The translations under genes were made by a program, and so were the position numbers. From Spirochaetia bacterium (GTDB lineage: Bacteria > Spirochaetota > Spirochaetia > SZUA-6 > Bin103), in contig CBDCDL010000001.1 of NCBI GenBank assembly GCA_965215345.1, positions 845,601 to 909,600 of the forward strand: a stretch of DNA of 64,000 nt, written 5' to 3'. Position 1 is the stretch's first letter, and each line of letters starts with the position of its first letter. Below are positions 27,153 to 37,070 of this stretch, one piece after another. A model generated the notes under the pieces. The model made no database searches and was not told the DNA's origin. It was given only the letters and a program-made list of their open reading frames with translations.

Positions 27153-28582
27153 GCGCCCCCGTGACCGACCCACGCCCGAACATCGTCGTGGTCACTGCTC
27201 ACGACCTGGGCCGGCATCTGCGCTGCTATGGGATCCCGACCGTGCGGTCGCCTCACTTCGACGCGCTGGCGCGGGGCGGCGTGCGCTTCTCCGACGCGTT
27301 CGCCGTGACCTCGGAGTGCGCGCCGTCGTGGGCGGCGCTGTTCACCGGCCGCTACCCACATTCCACTGGCGTGATGGGGCGCTCGGCGCCCCACTTCGCC
27401 TGGCAACTGGGCGCCGCCGAGCGACACGTGGCAGACCTGCTCCGCTCGGCCGGCTATGCGACGGCGCTGGCTGGCGCCAACGACGTGGGTGCCGTCCCCG
27501 TGACGCGCACCGGCTCCTTCGTCGCGCCGGGCGCGGAGGCGGCGCACGACCCCGCCGGCGCCCGGCGCTGTGGGTTCGAGGAGGCGATGCCGGCCGGGCG
27601 CGGCCAAGCGGTCGCCGAGCACGCCGTGCGGTGGTTGGAGCGCAGCGCTCGCTCCGCGCGGCCGTTCTACCTGCAGGTGGGCTTCCCGGAGGTCCGCCGC
27701 CAGCGCTCCGGGGCGGCGGGGTCCGGCGACGGTGGGCACGACCGCACGGGATTCCTCGGCGCCTACCTCGCGGCCGACGATTCGCTGGGCGTGACGGTGC
27801 CTCCGTACGTACGTGACACGCCGGCGGCGCGCGAGGAGCTGGCCGAGTTGCAGGGGGCGATCCGCTACCTGGACGAGCAGGTCGGCGCGGTGCTGGACGC
27901 GCTGCGGCGGCTCGATCTGGAAGAGGACACGCTCGTGGTCTTCACCACCGACCACGGGCCGGCCGTGCCGCGGGCCAAGGCGTCCCTGCTGGACAGCGGC
28001 CTGGGCATCGCGCTGATCGTCCGCTGGCCAGCCCGCCGATGGGACGGAGGCCGCGTCGCGCGTAAGCTCGTCGCGAACATCGATGTGGTGCCGACGGTGC
28101 TGCAGGCGGCCGGCGCGCCCGTCCACGACGACGCGCAGGGGGTGAGCCTGTGCGGGCTGCTCGACGGCGAGCCCGGCGCGCCCCGCGATCGCCTGTTCGC
28201 ACAGATGAACTACCACGACTATTATGACCCGATCCGCTGCGTGCGCACCGCCACGCACAAGATGATCGTCTACTTCAGCAATGCCGGCTCCTACGGCGAC
28301 CCGTGCGCGTCGTGGAAACCGCGCATGACCGCAGCGCGGGAACCCGAACCGCCGCGGGAGCCGTTCCACCCGGTCTACGAGCTCTACGAACTTACCGCCG
28401 ACCCGGGGGAGTGGCGGAACGTCGTGGACGATCCGGTTGAGCGGAGCGTCCGCGACGAGCTGCTCGCCACGCTGCACGAGCAGATGCGGGCGACCGGCGA
28501 TCCGCTGCTGGCCGGAGCGGTGACCTCGCCGCTGCATCGCTGGGCGGTCGAGGCACTGGCCGCGGCCGGCGGGGCGGAGTAG
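27149..28582 (+). CDS. sulfatase with CxPxW instead of CxPxR
   Basis: The GTG overlaps the upstream TGA (GTGA at 27149-27152). NIVVVTAHDLG and VFTTDHG blocks are present. The active-site motif is CAPSWAALFTGRYP, with a TGG codon at 27329-27331. Confidence 0.85.
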   Translation: MSAPVTDPRPNIVVVTAHDLGRHLRCYGIPTVRSPHFDALARGGVRFSDAFAVTSECAPSWAALFTGRYPHSTGVMGRSAPHFAWQLGAAERHVADLLRSAGYATALAGANDVGAVPVTRTGSFVAPGAEAAHDPAGARRCGFEEAMPAGRGQAVAEHAVRWLERSARSARPFYLQVGFPEVRRQRSGAAGSGDGGHDRTGFLGAYLAADDSLGVTVPPYVRDTPAAREELAELQGAIRYLDEQVGAVLDALRRLDLEEDTLVVFTTDHGPAVPRAKASLLDSGLGIALIVRWPARRWDGGRVARKLVANIDVVPTVLQAAGAPVHDDAQGVSLCGLLDGEPGAPRDRLFAQMNYHDYYDPIRCVRTATHKMIVYFSNAGSYGDPCASWKPRMTAAREPEPPREPFHPVYELYELTADPGEWRNVVDDPVERSVRDELLATLHEQMRATGDPLLAGAVTSPLHRWAVEALAAAGGAE

Positions 28583-28587
28583 CGGCC

Positions 28588-30018
28588 GTGGCATCGGCCA
28601 GCGGCAGCTTCCGGCCGAACATCGTCCTCGTGCACTGCCACGACCTGGGCAGGCACCTGCACTGCTACGGGGTGCCTACCGTGCACTCCCCGAACCTGGA
28701 TGCGCTGGCCGCATCGGGCGTTCGGTTCGAGCACGCGTTCTCGACGGCGCCGCAGTGCAGTCCGTCGCGGGCCAGCATGGTGACGGGACGCTTCCCGCAC
28801 TCGCACGGCGTCATGGGGCTTTCGCAGTCCAACTTCGCCTGGGATCTCCATGACGGGGAGCGGCACGTGGCGGAGCTGCTCCGCGACGCCGGCTACCGTA
28901 CCGGGATCGTCGGCCTCCATCACGCGGGCCGCTGCGGAGCGGTGCTGCCGGCGGCCTTCTCGACACAGCAGGCGTTCGCGACCGAAAAGGAAATCGCCGT
29001 CCGCTGCGGATTCGATCACGCCGAGCTGTTCGGCAGGGGGGAGGAGGTCGCCGATCGCGCGATCGCGGAGCTGCGCCGCGCGTCGCGGAGCGATCGGCCG
29101 TTCTTCCTGGAGATCGGCTACGGAGAGCCGCATCGGCGCAAGTCGCTGCTCGCGCCCGACCCGAACTACGAGGGGTTCGTCGGCGACTACATCGAGCCGG
29201 ACGACTCGCTCGGCGTCACGGTGCCCCCCTATCTCCGCGACGAACCGTTCGCGCGGCGCGACTTCACGGAGTTCCAGGGCGCGGTGCGCTACCTGGACAC
29301 GCACGCCGGCCGGATCCTCCGGGAGATCGAGCGGCTCGGTCTGGACGAGCATACCCTGGTGGTCTTCACCACCGACCACGGCATCGCCATGACGCGGGCC
29401 AAGAGCACGCTGTACGACGCGGGCATCGGCATCGCGCTGATCGTCCGGTTCCCGGCCCGCGGTTGGGTCGGCGGGCGCGTGCAGCGCGAGCTTGCCAGCA
29501 ACATAGATCTCGTCCCGACGTTGCTGGAAGCCGCCGACGTGCCGGCGCCGCCGGCCATCCAGGGCCACAGCCTGGCCGGCCTGCTCGACGGCACGGCCGG
29601 GCCCGTCCGCGACAGCGTCTTCGCCGAGATGAGCTATCAGAACTACTACGATCCGCGGCGGTGCATCCGCACCGACCGTCACAAGCTGATCGTCTATTTC
29701 ACCGAGTCGGTGACCCTCATTCAGCAGACCGGCGCGGCGGCCCTGCACACGACCCCGGTGACGCCCGAGCGGATCTCCGGCACGTTCCATCCTCTGGCCG
29801 AGCTGTTCGATCTGCGCGAGGATCCCGAGGAGCTCGATGACGTGATCGACCGCCCGGCGTACCGGCAGGTGCGCGACGAGCTTCTCGGCCGCCTGTACCG
29901 GTGGATGCGCGATACCGGCGACCCGCTCCTGGATGGAGCGATCGCCGCGCCGATGCACGGCTGGGCGCTGCGCGTGCTGAACGAGGCGAGCGCGGCGGTC
30001 GCCGCAAAGGAGGCCTGA
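28588..30018 (+). CDS. sulfatase (canonical formylglycine motif)
   Basis: NIVLVHCHDLG, CSPSRASMVTGRFPHSHG and VFTTDHG. About 50% similar by eye to the preceding paralogue. Confidence 0.9.
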   Translation: MASASGSFRPNIVLVHCHDLGRHLHCYGVPTVHSPNLDALAASGVRFEHAFSTAPQCSPSRASMVTGRFPHSHGVMGLSQSNFAWDLHDGERHVAELLRDAGYRTGIVGLHHAGRCGAVLPAAFSTQQAFATEKEIAVRCGFDHAELFGRGEEVADRAIAELRRASRSDRPFFLEIGYGEPHRRKSLLAPDPNYEGFVGDYIEPDDSLGVTVPPYLRDEPFARRDFTEFQGAVRYLDTHAGRILREIERLGLDEHTLVVFTTDHGIAMTRAKSTLYDAGIGIALIVRFPARGWVGGRVQRELASNIDLVPTLLEAADVPAPPAIQGHSLAGLLDGTAGPVRDSVFAEMSYQNYYDPRRCIRTDRHKLIVYFTESVTLIQQTGAAALHTTPVTPERISGTFHPLAELFDLREDPEELDDVIDRPAYRQVRDELLGRLYRWMRDTGDPLLDGAIAAPMHGWALRVLNEASAAVAAKEA

Positions 30019-30019
30019 C

Positions 30020-30835
30020 ATGGCTGGCAATCTGTTCGACCTGACCGATCGCGTCGCCGTGGTGTCCGGCGCGGCCCGCGGCATGGGCCGCGCGATGTCG
30101 ATCGGTTTCGCCGAGTACGGCGCCGATCTGCTCCTCGCCGACATCGACGCGGAAGGTATGGAGGACACGGTCGCGACCATCGAAGCGCTGGGCCGGAGGG
30201 CCGTTCCGGCGGTGTGCGACGTCTCGGACACGGAGCAGATCGACGCGCTCTACGCCACGCTGGACCGGGAGTTCGGCCGCATCGACGTCCTGAGCAACGT
30301 GGCCGGGGAGGGTGGCCACGGAGACCCCGCCGAGCTCCCCGCCGACGAGATCCAACGCTCCATGCAGGGGCTCGTGATCGGGCGCTTCCACTGCACCCAG
30401 CAGGCCGGCCGGCGCATGATCGCGGCCGGCAGGGGCAGCATCATGAGCATCGTCTCCATCGCCGGCTTCACCGCACTCGGCCGGTACCACATCCCCTACA
30501 GCATGGCGATGGGCGCCGTGGCGCAGATGACCCGCGAGCTGAGCTCCGAGTGGGCGCCGCTGGGCGTGCGCGTGAACGCCATCGTCTGTGCCCAGGTGGA
30601 GAACCAGGGCCTGCGGGACCGGATGGAGGCCGATCCCGTCCTGCGCAGCAACTTCCTGCGCGGCCTGCCCATCGGTCGCCTGGGCCGGCCGGAGGAGATC
30701 AAGGGCCTGGCGATCCTGCTTGCCTCGGACGCATCGTCGTTCATGACCGGCGCGCTCGTGCCCTTCGACGGCGGTAATCTCGCCAGGAACGCGGGCGGCT
30801 CGCACCCCGGCATGCCGCCGCTCGGGCCATCGTAG
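30020..30835 (+). CDS. SDR family oxidoreductase
   Basis: VSGAARGMGRA (TGxxxGxG variant), NVAG and Y...A...(YSMAMGAV) layouts. 271 aa. The start lies 1 nt after the sulfatase stop. Confidence 0.88.
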   Translation: MAGNLFDLTDRVAVVSGAARGMGRAMSIGFAEYGADLLLADIDAEGMEDTVATIEALGRRAVPAVCDVSDTEQIDALYATLDREFGRIDVLSNVAGEGGHGDPAELPADEIQRSMQGLVIGRFHCTQQAGRRMIAAGRGSIMSIVSIAGFTALGRYHIPYSMAMGAVAQMTRELSSEWAPLGVRVNAIVCAQVENQGLRDRMEADPVLRSNFLRGLPIGRLGRPEEIKGLAILLASDASSFMTGALVPFDGGNLARNAGGSHPGMPPLGPS

Positions 30836-30872
30836 CGCTTCACGACCGTCGCCTGCGGCGCCGCGATGCTAC

Positions 30873-33095
30873 GTGAGTGACAGACGGCGAGTCATGCGGG
30901 GCGCGAACCAAGTCGGACTCCGACTACTGTGCCTGGTCGCGCTGGCGGCAGCGGTCGGCTGCTCACTGGGGGGAGCCGCGTCCGACGCGCCTACGTTTCC
31001 GCGGGCGAGCTCCGGGGAGGTGACGGGAGGGACCGCGGAAGCAGCCGAGGAGGCGAAGGAGATCGAGATGGCGGGATTCGACGCTTGGTTGGAAGCGCAC
31101 GTGAGCGGGCCGGATCCACGCCCGCCGGTTTCATTCATGTATGGCGAGACGGCGTCCGCGGAGCTGCTGCGGGCGTGGACCTTCTCGCGCGAATCGGCGG
31201 AGCCCGACGAGCACCGCACCGAGTGGACGCACCGCTACGCCGATCCCGAAACGGGGCTTGTGCTGACGTTCGTCGCCACCGTGTACCGGAACTACCCCGC
31301 GGTCGAGTGGGTGGTCTGGCTGGAGAACACCGGAGCGGCGGACACTCCCGTGCTCTCCGAGGTGTTCGCCGGCGATCTGGTCGTCACGGCCGGAGAGTCG
31401 CAGTCGGCGCGCGCTTCCGGGCCGTGGACGCTGCATCACGCCCGTGGCAGCACCGCGAAGGTGGACGACTTCGAGCCGCTCACGACCGAGATCAAGCGCA
31501 ACGAGACGGTCAGCCTCGCCCCGGTCGGCGGCCGGTCGTCGGACACGACGCTGCCCTTCTTCAACCTCGCCTTTCCCGGCAACCACGGCGTGGTCGTTGG
31601 CGTGGGCTGGACCGGCCAGTGGGCGGCGTCCGTGGAGCGCACCGGCGCGGCGTCGGCCCGCCTGCGGACGGGACTGGAGGTGATGAACACCTACCTGGCG
31701 CCTGGCGAGCGGATCAGGCTGCCCGCGACGCTCCTGCTGTTCTGGGCCGGGACCGATCGGTTGCGCGGCAACAACGTGCTGCGCCGCCTGATCGTCGACC
31801 ACTACACGCCTGTGGTGGACGGCAGGCCGACAGAGCCCATGGTCTATGCGAGCGTGCACGGCACGGTCGGGTTCCACGACTCCACCGAGCGGGTGGTGAC
31901 CTCGGTGGCGGAAGCGATCGCGCGGCGGGATCTGGCCGTGGACTACGTGCAGGTCGACGCGGGGTGGTACCGCCTGCTGCCGGACAGGCTCGGCGCGGAC
32001 GCCTGGGCGTGGTCGTGCGGCAACTGGACCCCGGATCCCGAGCGGTACCCGAACGGCATGCGGGCCGCGGCCGATGCCGTGCACGCCAACGGTCTCAAGT
32101 ACATCCTGTGGTTCGAGCCGGAGCGGGCGATGGTGGGCACCGAGACCCACCGGGAGCACCGGGAGTTCCTGATCCCGCCGCCGCCGGCCTACGCGCTGCC
32201 GCCCGAGCACCGCTACATGAGTCGCGACGGCTTTCATCTCCTCGACCTGGGGGATCCCGAGGCGCTGGCCTGGGCCATCGCCACCTTCTCGGCGAAGATC
32301 GGCGAGTGGGACCTCGACGTCTACCGCCACGACTTCAACCTTCATCCCGTGCAGTACTGGCGGCACGGCGAGGCGGACGACCGGCAGGGCATGAACGAGA
32401 TCCGCTACGTCATGGGGCTGTACGAGTACTTCGACGCGCTACGGCGCAAGCACCCGCACCTGGTCATCGACAGCTCGGCCTCCGGCGGGCGGCGCATCGA
32501 CTTCGAGATGCTCAGGAGGACGATCACGTTCTGGCGCAGCGACCTGACCTGGGTTCCCGAGCCACAGCAGGACATGACGGCCGGCCTGTCGTACTGGATC
32601 CCCTTCCACGGCGTCGGCGCGATCAGTCGCACCCCGTACGATGTCCGCAGCGGCATGGGTGCCGTCTTCGGCCTGGCCATCAACGTGCGGGAACTGACGA
32701 GCTCGGCGGTCATGCGGCAGGTCGCGGAGCTCCGGGATCTCGGGGACCTCTTCCTGGGCGACTACTACCCGCTCACCGCGTACAGCCGTGAGAACGATGT
32801 CTGGGTGGCGTGGCAGTTCGACCGTCCGGACCAGGGCAGGGGACTGGTACAGGCCTTCCGGCGGAGCGAGGCGGAACAGGGGACGCTGGAGCTCCGGCTC
32901 AGAAACCTCGAGCCGGAGGCGGCGTACGTGGTGACCGACCTGGACGCACCCGACAGGGCCGTCACGGTGAGCGGCGCGGCGCTCATGGGCGAGGGACTGT
33001 CGGCGCCCGTCGGGGCGTTCGAATCGGCGCTGTTCGTCTACGAGCGTGCCACCGTGGCTACCGGATCCGTTCGGCCAGCAGCAGCTCGCTGGTGA
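30873..33095 (+). CDS. GH36-like glycoside hydrolase, secreted/possible lipoprotein
   Basis: N-terminal LRLLCLVALAAAVGCSLGG is a signal peptide with a Cys. It is followed by the same blocks as the 25122 gene (VQVDAGWY, ILWFEPE, VYRHDFN, IDSSASGGRRID). Confidence 0.72.
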   Translation: MSDRRRVMRGANQVGLRLLCLVALAAAVGCSLGGAASDAPTFPRASSGEVTGGTAEAAEEAKEIEMAGFDAWLEAHVSGPDPRPPVSFMYGETASAELLRAWTFSRESAEPDEHRTEWTHRYADPETGLVLTFVATVYRNYPAVEWVVWLENTGAADTPVLSEVFAGDLVVTAGESQSARASGPWTLHHARGSTAKVDDFEPLTTEIKRNETVSLAPVGGRSSDTTLPFFNLAFPGNHGVVVGVGWTGQWAASVERTGAASARLRTGLEVMNTYLAPGERIRLPATLLLFWAGTDRLRGNNVLRRLIVDHYTPVVDGRPTEPMVYASVHGTVGFHDSTERVVTSVAEAIARRDLAVDYVQVDAGWYRLLPDRLGADAWAWSCGNWTPDPERYPNGMRAAADAVHANGLKYILWFEPERAMVGTETHREHREFLIPPPPAYALPPEHRYMSRDGFHLLDLGDPEALAWAIATFSAKIGEWDLDVYRHDFNLHPVQYWRHGEADDRQGMNEIRYVMGLYEYFDALRRKHPHLVIDSSASGGRRIDFEMLRRTITFWRSDLTWVPEPQQDMTAGLSYWIPFHGVGAISRTPYDVRSGMGAVFGLAINVRELTSSAVMRQVAELRDLGDLFLGDYYPLTAYSRENDVWVAWQFDRPDQGRGLVQAFRRSEAEQGTLELRLRNLEPEAAYVVTDLDAPDRAVTVSGAALMGEGLSAPVGAFESALFVYERATVATGSVRPAAARW

Positions 33096-35226
33096 GTGCC
33101 CGGCCGAGGCGCACGGTCAGGCCGTCCATGGTGACGGTGCGCCCGTCAGCCTCGAAGCACTCGCCGCCGGTGTCCAGCGTCACCCGGTAGGCCCCCGACG
33201 CGTCGAGCCCGCGGAAGCGCACGCGCCGCTCCTCGTGGTCGGGATCGGAGAGCTGGAAGATGCCCATCATCGCCCGGTCACGCTCGAGCGAGGCGACTTC
33301 CAGGATCCCCGTCCCCTTGGGGTCGGGGCCGATCACCTCGGGCGTGTGATGGAAGATCCTGGAGCTCGGCAACATCGGCCGCACAAACTCCTTGTAGAGT
33401 TCCACCGCGTGCCTGATGCGCGCGATCTGCACGCTGTTGGGCGTGAAGCCGAGCTGCGTGGCCGATCCGATCGTCGGCCGCACGAACAGCAGCAGCCGGA
33501 CCTGGAAGTCGAGGCTGGCGGTGGTGAAACCGTCCTGCCCGTTGAGCAGGCGGTCGACGTGCTCCGGCGGCAGGCACATGGTCATGCCGTTGGTGATCGC
33601 GAAGCTGCGCGGCGCCCGCTGCCAGTCGGTGACCCAGGTGTGGCAGAAGGCGCGCACCGTGCCCAGATCGGTGCGGCCGCCGCCGCTCGCGCACGCCTCG
33701 AAGATCACCTCCGGGAACCGTGCACGCAGCCGCTCCATAATCGCGTAGAACGCCTCGTGGTAGCGCCAATCGCTGTTCTCCAGGTAGCCGTCGCGCTCGT
33801 TGCAGGAGAACGGGCTGGCCGTCGTGGCGTTGAAGTCGAGGCGGAAGAAGTCGAGCTGGTAGCGCTCGATGACGCCTGCCATCTGCGCTTCCACCCAGGC
33901 GGCGGCGTCGGGCTTGGCCAGATCCACCATCCCGCCGCCGCCGGCGATCTCGCCCCGGACCCTGCCGTCGTAGCCGACCGTGCACCAATCGCTGTGCTCG
34001 GCGAAGGCGCCGGAGTCCACGCCGAAGCGCTCCGGCTCCATCCATAATCCGAACAGCATGCCCTTCGCGTGCACGTGGTCACGGATTCCGTCGATGCCCA
34101 TCGGGTACCGCTCTGCGTTCGCCTGCCAGTCGCCGACGCGGGCGAACCACCGCTCGGTCTCGTCCGGCGGCGAGTACCACGAGGCGTCGATGAAGAAGAC
34201 CTCCGCGCCGACTCCCGCGGCGGCATCGGCGTGGTGCAGCACGGCCTCCTGGCTCATCACTTCCTCGGGCCCGATGCCGGACTCGATCCACAGGCCGCGC
34301 CCTCGCGCCTGCGGCTGCATGACGCTCCGCCGGACATGCTCGTGCATGGCGTTCACGCAGTCGTCCAGGTCACCGAACAGCATGCCGATGTGGACCTCGG
34401 CGGAGTTCACGGTCTCCGCGGGCGCCACCACGCGCAGGGGCGCGGGCGCGTCCATCAGGGCCTGGAACCAGAGGTGGGCGTCCGTCCCCTCGCTGTTCAG
34501 GTCGAAGACGAACCGGTAACCACCCGACCAAGCGAGCTGACACACGAAGTGCGCCCCGGTGGCCCGGTCCTCCAGGACGAACATCGGGTGGCGGTGCCGC
34601 TTGCGCAGGAAACGCGACCCGACGTAGTAGCCGGCGTTGGGCAGATCGTGCCAGCGGAAGCCGCCTTCGTGCAGGATCGCGCTGTATTCCGGGTAGCCCA
34701 GGCGGTAGGGGGTGCCTCCGTGCACGTGATCGCGCCAGCGCGGCACCATGTGCAGTCCGCCCGAGAGCGGCGCGACCCGGCCAAGCGCCAGCGGCCTGTC
34801 TCCCGTGTTGGTGACCGAGATCCACCGCGTGAGGATCGCCGTGCCGTCGAGCAGCGTGTGGACCTGGACCTCCGCCGACCGCACCGCGTGCCGGAGGGTC
34901 ACCACCGCGTGCAGCCCCTTCTCCTCTTCGTGCTTGTCGAAGCCGGCGAGTTGCCAGTGGGAGCAGAGCGACTGCCCATCGACCTCCAGGGCGAACGCCT
35001 GCGGCTCGGCGAATTCGGCGGCGGCCAGCACCGCCGGGCCCGGCAGGTTGCGGGTCCACGCAGAGTAGCCTGATCCGTTCCAGCCGAGCGCCGCGTAGAT
35101 GCCGTCGGCAAGGCATTCCTCGTAGCCGGTCATCGCGGAGCGGTAGCTGACCGAGAGACCGGCGGCCGCGTCGAAATGCACGTCGCGAAACGGGTCCGTC
35201 ATGCGTTCCATGGATCGCGGCTCCAT
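33058..35226 (-). CDS. alpha-galactosidase, GH36
   Basis: 722 aa with FFIDASWY, LFGLWMEPE, FFRLDFN and EACASGGGRTD blocks. The 3' end overlaps the convergent GH36-like gene by 38 nt. Confidence 0.82.
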   Translation of the reverse strand: MEPRSMERMTDPFRDVHFDAAAGLSVSYRSAMTGYEECLADGIYAALGWNGSGYSAWTRNLPGPAVLAAAEFAEPQAFALEVDGQSLCSHWQLAGFDKHEEEKGLHAVVTLRHAVRSAEVQVHTLLDGTAILTRWISVTNTGDRPLALGRVAPLSGGLHMVPRWRDHVHGGTPYRLGYPEYSAILHEGGFRWHDLPNAGYYVGSRFLRKRHRHPMFVLEDRATGAHFVCQLAWSGGYRFVFDLNSEGTDAHLWFQALMDAPAPLRVVAPAETVNSAEVHIGMLFGDLDDCVNAMHEHVRRSVMQPQARGRGLWIESGIGPEEVMSQEAVLHHADAAAGVGAEVFFIDASWYSPPDETERWFARVGDWQANAERYPMGIDGIRDHVHAKGMLFGLWMEPERFGVDSGAFAEHSDWCTVGYDGRVRGEIAGGGGMVDLAKPDAAAWVEAQMAGVIERYQLDFFRLDFNATTASPFSCNERDGYLENSDWRYHEAFYAIMERLRARFPEVIFEACASGGGRTDLGTVRAFCHTWVTDWQRAPRSFAITNGMTMCLPPEHVDRLLNGQDGFTTASLDFQVRLLLFVRPTIGSATQLGFTPNSVQIARIRHAVELYKEFVRPMLPSSRIFHHTPEVIGPDPKGTGILEVASLERDRAMMGIFQLSDPDHEERRVRFRGLDASGAYRVTLDTGGECFEADGRTVTMDGLTVRLGRALTSELLLAERIR

Positions 35227-35287
35227 TGGCGAGCAGGAGGCCGGGGCCTTGCCCGGCCTCCTGCCGCGATTCGTCGGTATGGTCGGT

Positions 35288-36940
35288 CTAGTTGCCGACG
35301 TACCGGTTGTAGGCGGCGGTTACCACCTCGACGAACTGGTCGAAGTTGCCGGACTTGACCTTTGCAACGTGGTCATCCCACTCGCTGAAGGGCACCTGGC
35401 CGGCCATGAACTGCGCCTCCATCTCGTTGACGTACTGGCCGGTCTCGGTCATGTAGTCGGCGACCACCTGCGCCTCCGCCTCCGTGAACGACAGACCGCG
35501 CAGTATCTCCTCCGGGAAGTACGGCTCGTATAACGCAAGACTTTCGGCGTTGAGAAGGACGTTGGGATAGTTCGCGATCGGCGACTTGATCCAGACTTCC
35601 TGGAACGTCTCGTTCGACCAGAGAATGGGGATCCGGCCGCCGTGGAACGGAGTCCAAACGCCGCGGGGCCCCTTGTTCGGCCAGTCGGAGTTGGCGTCCG
35701 GAGCCCAGATGGCCTTGCCCTGGTCATCCCGAATGAAGTCCCAGATGCCGTTCTCGTCCACCTGGTAGGTCACGCCCTCGACACCCCAGTCCAGCAGGAC
35801 GTAGCCGTCCTCGCTGAAGAAGTAGTCGACCCAGCGCATGGTCGCCTCCGGGTGCGGGTTGGCCGACGTGATCGCGAACGTGTGCGGCTGCACGACGGTC
35901 GGATTGACCGCCGAGAAGAGCTGGTCGCCGTACGGTCCGATCAGCGGACCGGCGATGGCGAAGTCCACGTCATGCGGATGCATGAAGGCCGGGGAGGTCT
36001 GCGGATGCGAGCCGAGCCGATCGGTGGCTCCCAGCGCCTGCCAGTCCGCGACCGAGTGGGCGAAGTGATCGGGATCGATCAGGTTCTCCTCCCACATCAG
36101 GTTCAGATACTCCAGGATCTCCCGGTACCCGTCGCTGATGGGGATGTAACGGAGATTGCCGTCGGGCCCGACGTCCATGCCCGTCTGGCCGCGCAGGCCG
36201 TTCCCTCTGGTGCCGAGACCCCAGGCGCCCAGAAACTGTTCCACGAAGCGGCCGGTGCCGGTGCTGAAGTCGGCCAGCCCCACTTCGTCCTGTCGTCCGT
36301 TGCCGTTGGGATCCCCATCCCGGAAGGCGAGCAGCGTGTCCAGGTACTCGTCGGTGGTGGTCGGCATCGGCAGGCTCAGGTTGTCCAGGAACTTCTGGTT
36401 CACCCACATCCGGTGGACCCGGTTGAGGGCCACCTCCTGGATGTTGCCCAAGGTGTACTTGCCTCCGTCCGCGGATTCCAGCTTCCACTCGGGGTGCCGG
36501 GCGAAGATCACGTTGAGATTGGGGGAGTAGTCGGTGAGCGTGTTCATGTCGACGAACACGCCGGCCGCCCCGTACTTCAGCACGTCCAGGTCACCCAGGT
36601 CCAACCGATAGAAGAAATCCGGGAGGTCGCCGGTCGCCAGCTTCAGTGCCTGCCGCTCGCCGTACCCGGCATCCGGCACGATCTCCCACTCGATCCGGAT
36701 GTTGGTGCGCTTCTCCATCTCCTGGAACACCAGCATCTCGTCGAACGGGCCCTGCTGCGGATGGTAGCCGCCAAAACCGCGCAGCGTGATCGGCTCGTCC
36801 ACGATCGGCAGGCCGGTCATCCGGGCACCGCTCTCGGTGGTCGCCGCCTCTTCGACACCCGTCGCCCACGCCGCTCCGCTCACGAAGCAGAGGGCGACGA
36901 TCAGGGCCACTACGGACCACTGTCTCTTGTGCATGTGCAC
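35288..36940 (-). CDS. extracellular solute-binding protein of a carbohydrate ABC transporter (large LplA-like type)
   Basis: 550 aa with an N-terminal signal peptide (WSVVALIVALCFVSGAAWA). It sits immediately downstream of two sugar-type permease genes. Confidence 0.8.
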   Translation of the reverse strand: MHMHKRQWSVVALIVALCFVSGAAWATGVEEAATTESGARMTGLPIVDEPITLRGFGGYHPQQGPFDEMLVFQEMEKRTNIRIEWEIVPDAGYGERQALKLATGDLPDFFYRLDLGDLDVLKYGAAGVFVDMNTLTDYSPNLNVIFARHPEWKLESADGGKYTLGNIQEVALNRVHRMWVNQKFLDNLSLPMPTTTDEYLDTLLAFRDGDPNGNGRQDEVGLADFSTGTGRFVEQFLGAWGLGTRGNGLRGQTGMDVGPDGNLRYIPISDGYREILEYLNLMWEENLIDPDHFAHSVADWQALGATDRLGSHPQTSPAFMHPHDVDFAIAGPLIGPYGDQLFSAVNPTVVQPHTFAITSANPHPEATMRWVDYFFSEDGYVLLDWGVEGVTYQVDENGIWDFIRDDQGKAIWAPDANSDWPNKGPRGVWTPFHGGRIPILWSNETFQEVWIKSPIANYPNVLLNAESLALYEPYFPEEILRGLSFTEAEAQVVADYMTETGQYVNEMEAQFMAGQVPFSEWDDHVAKVKSGNFDQFVEVVTAAYNRYVGN

Positions 36941-37070
36941 TTCTCCTCTAGGGAACTGTTCGAGTGCGATTGAACCCGCCAGCCGGCTCGACGAGCCCGC
37001 CGCGCGTCCAACTTCATACGACTATTCGCAAGGCGCTTCCTTCGTCACCTCCTTGATCCGTGGATATGCT

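Noticed and set aside
25089-30231. 694-aa (25089..27173) and 615-aa (28384..30231) minus-strand ORFs, plus other long antisense ORFs in this stretch
   Set aside because: They lie opposite the GH36-like and sulfatase genes, which carry clear family motifs. The antisense translations are low-complexity.
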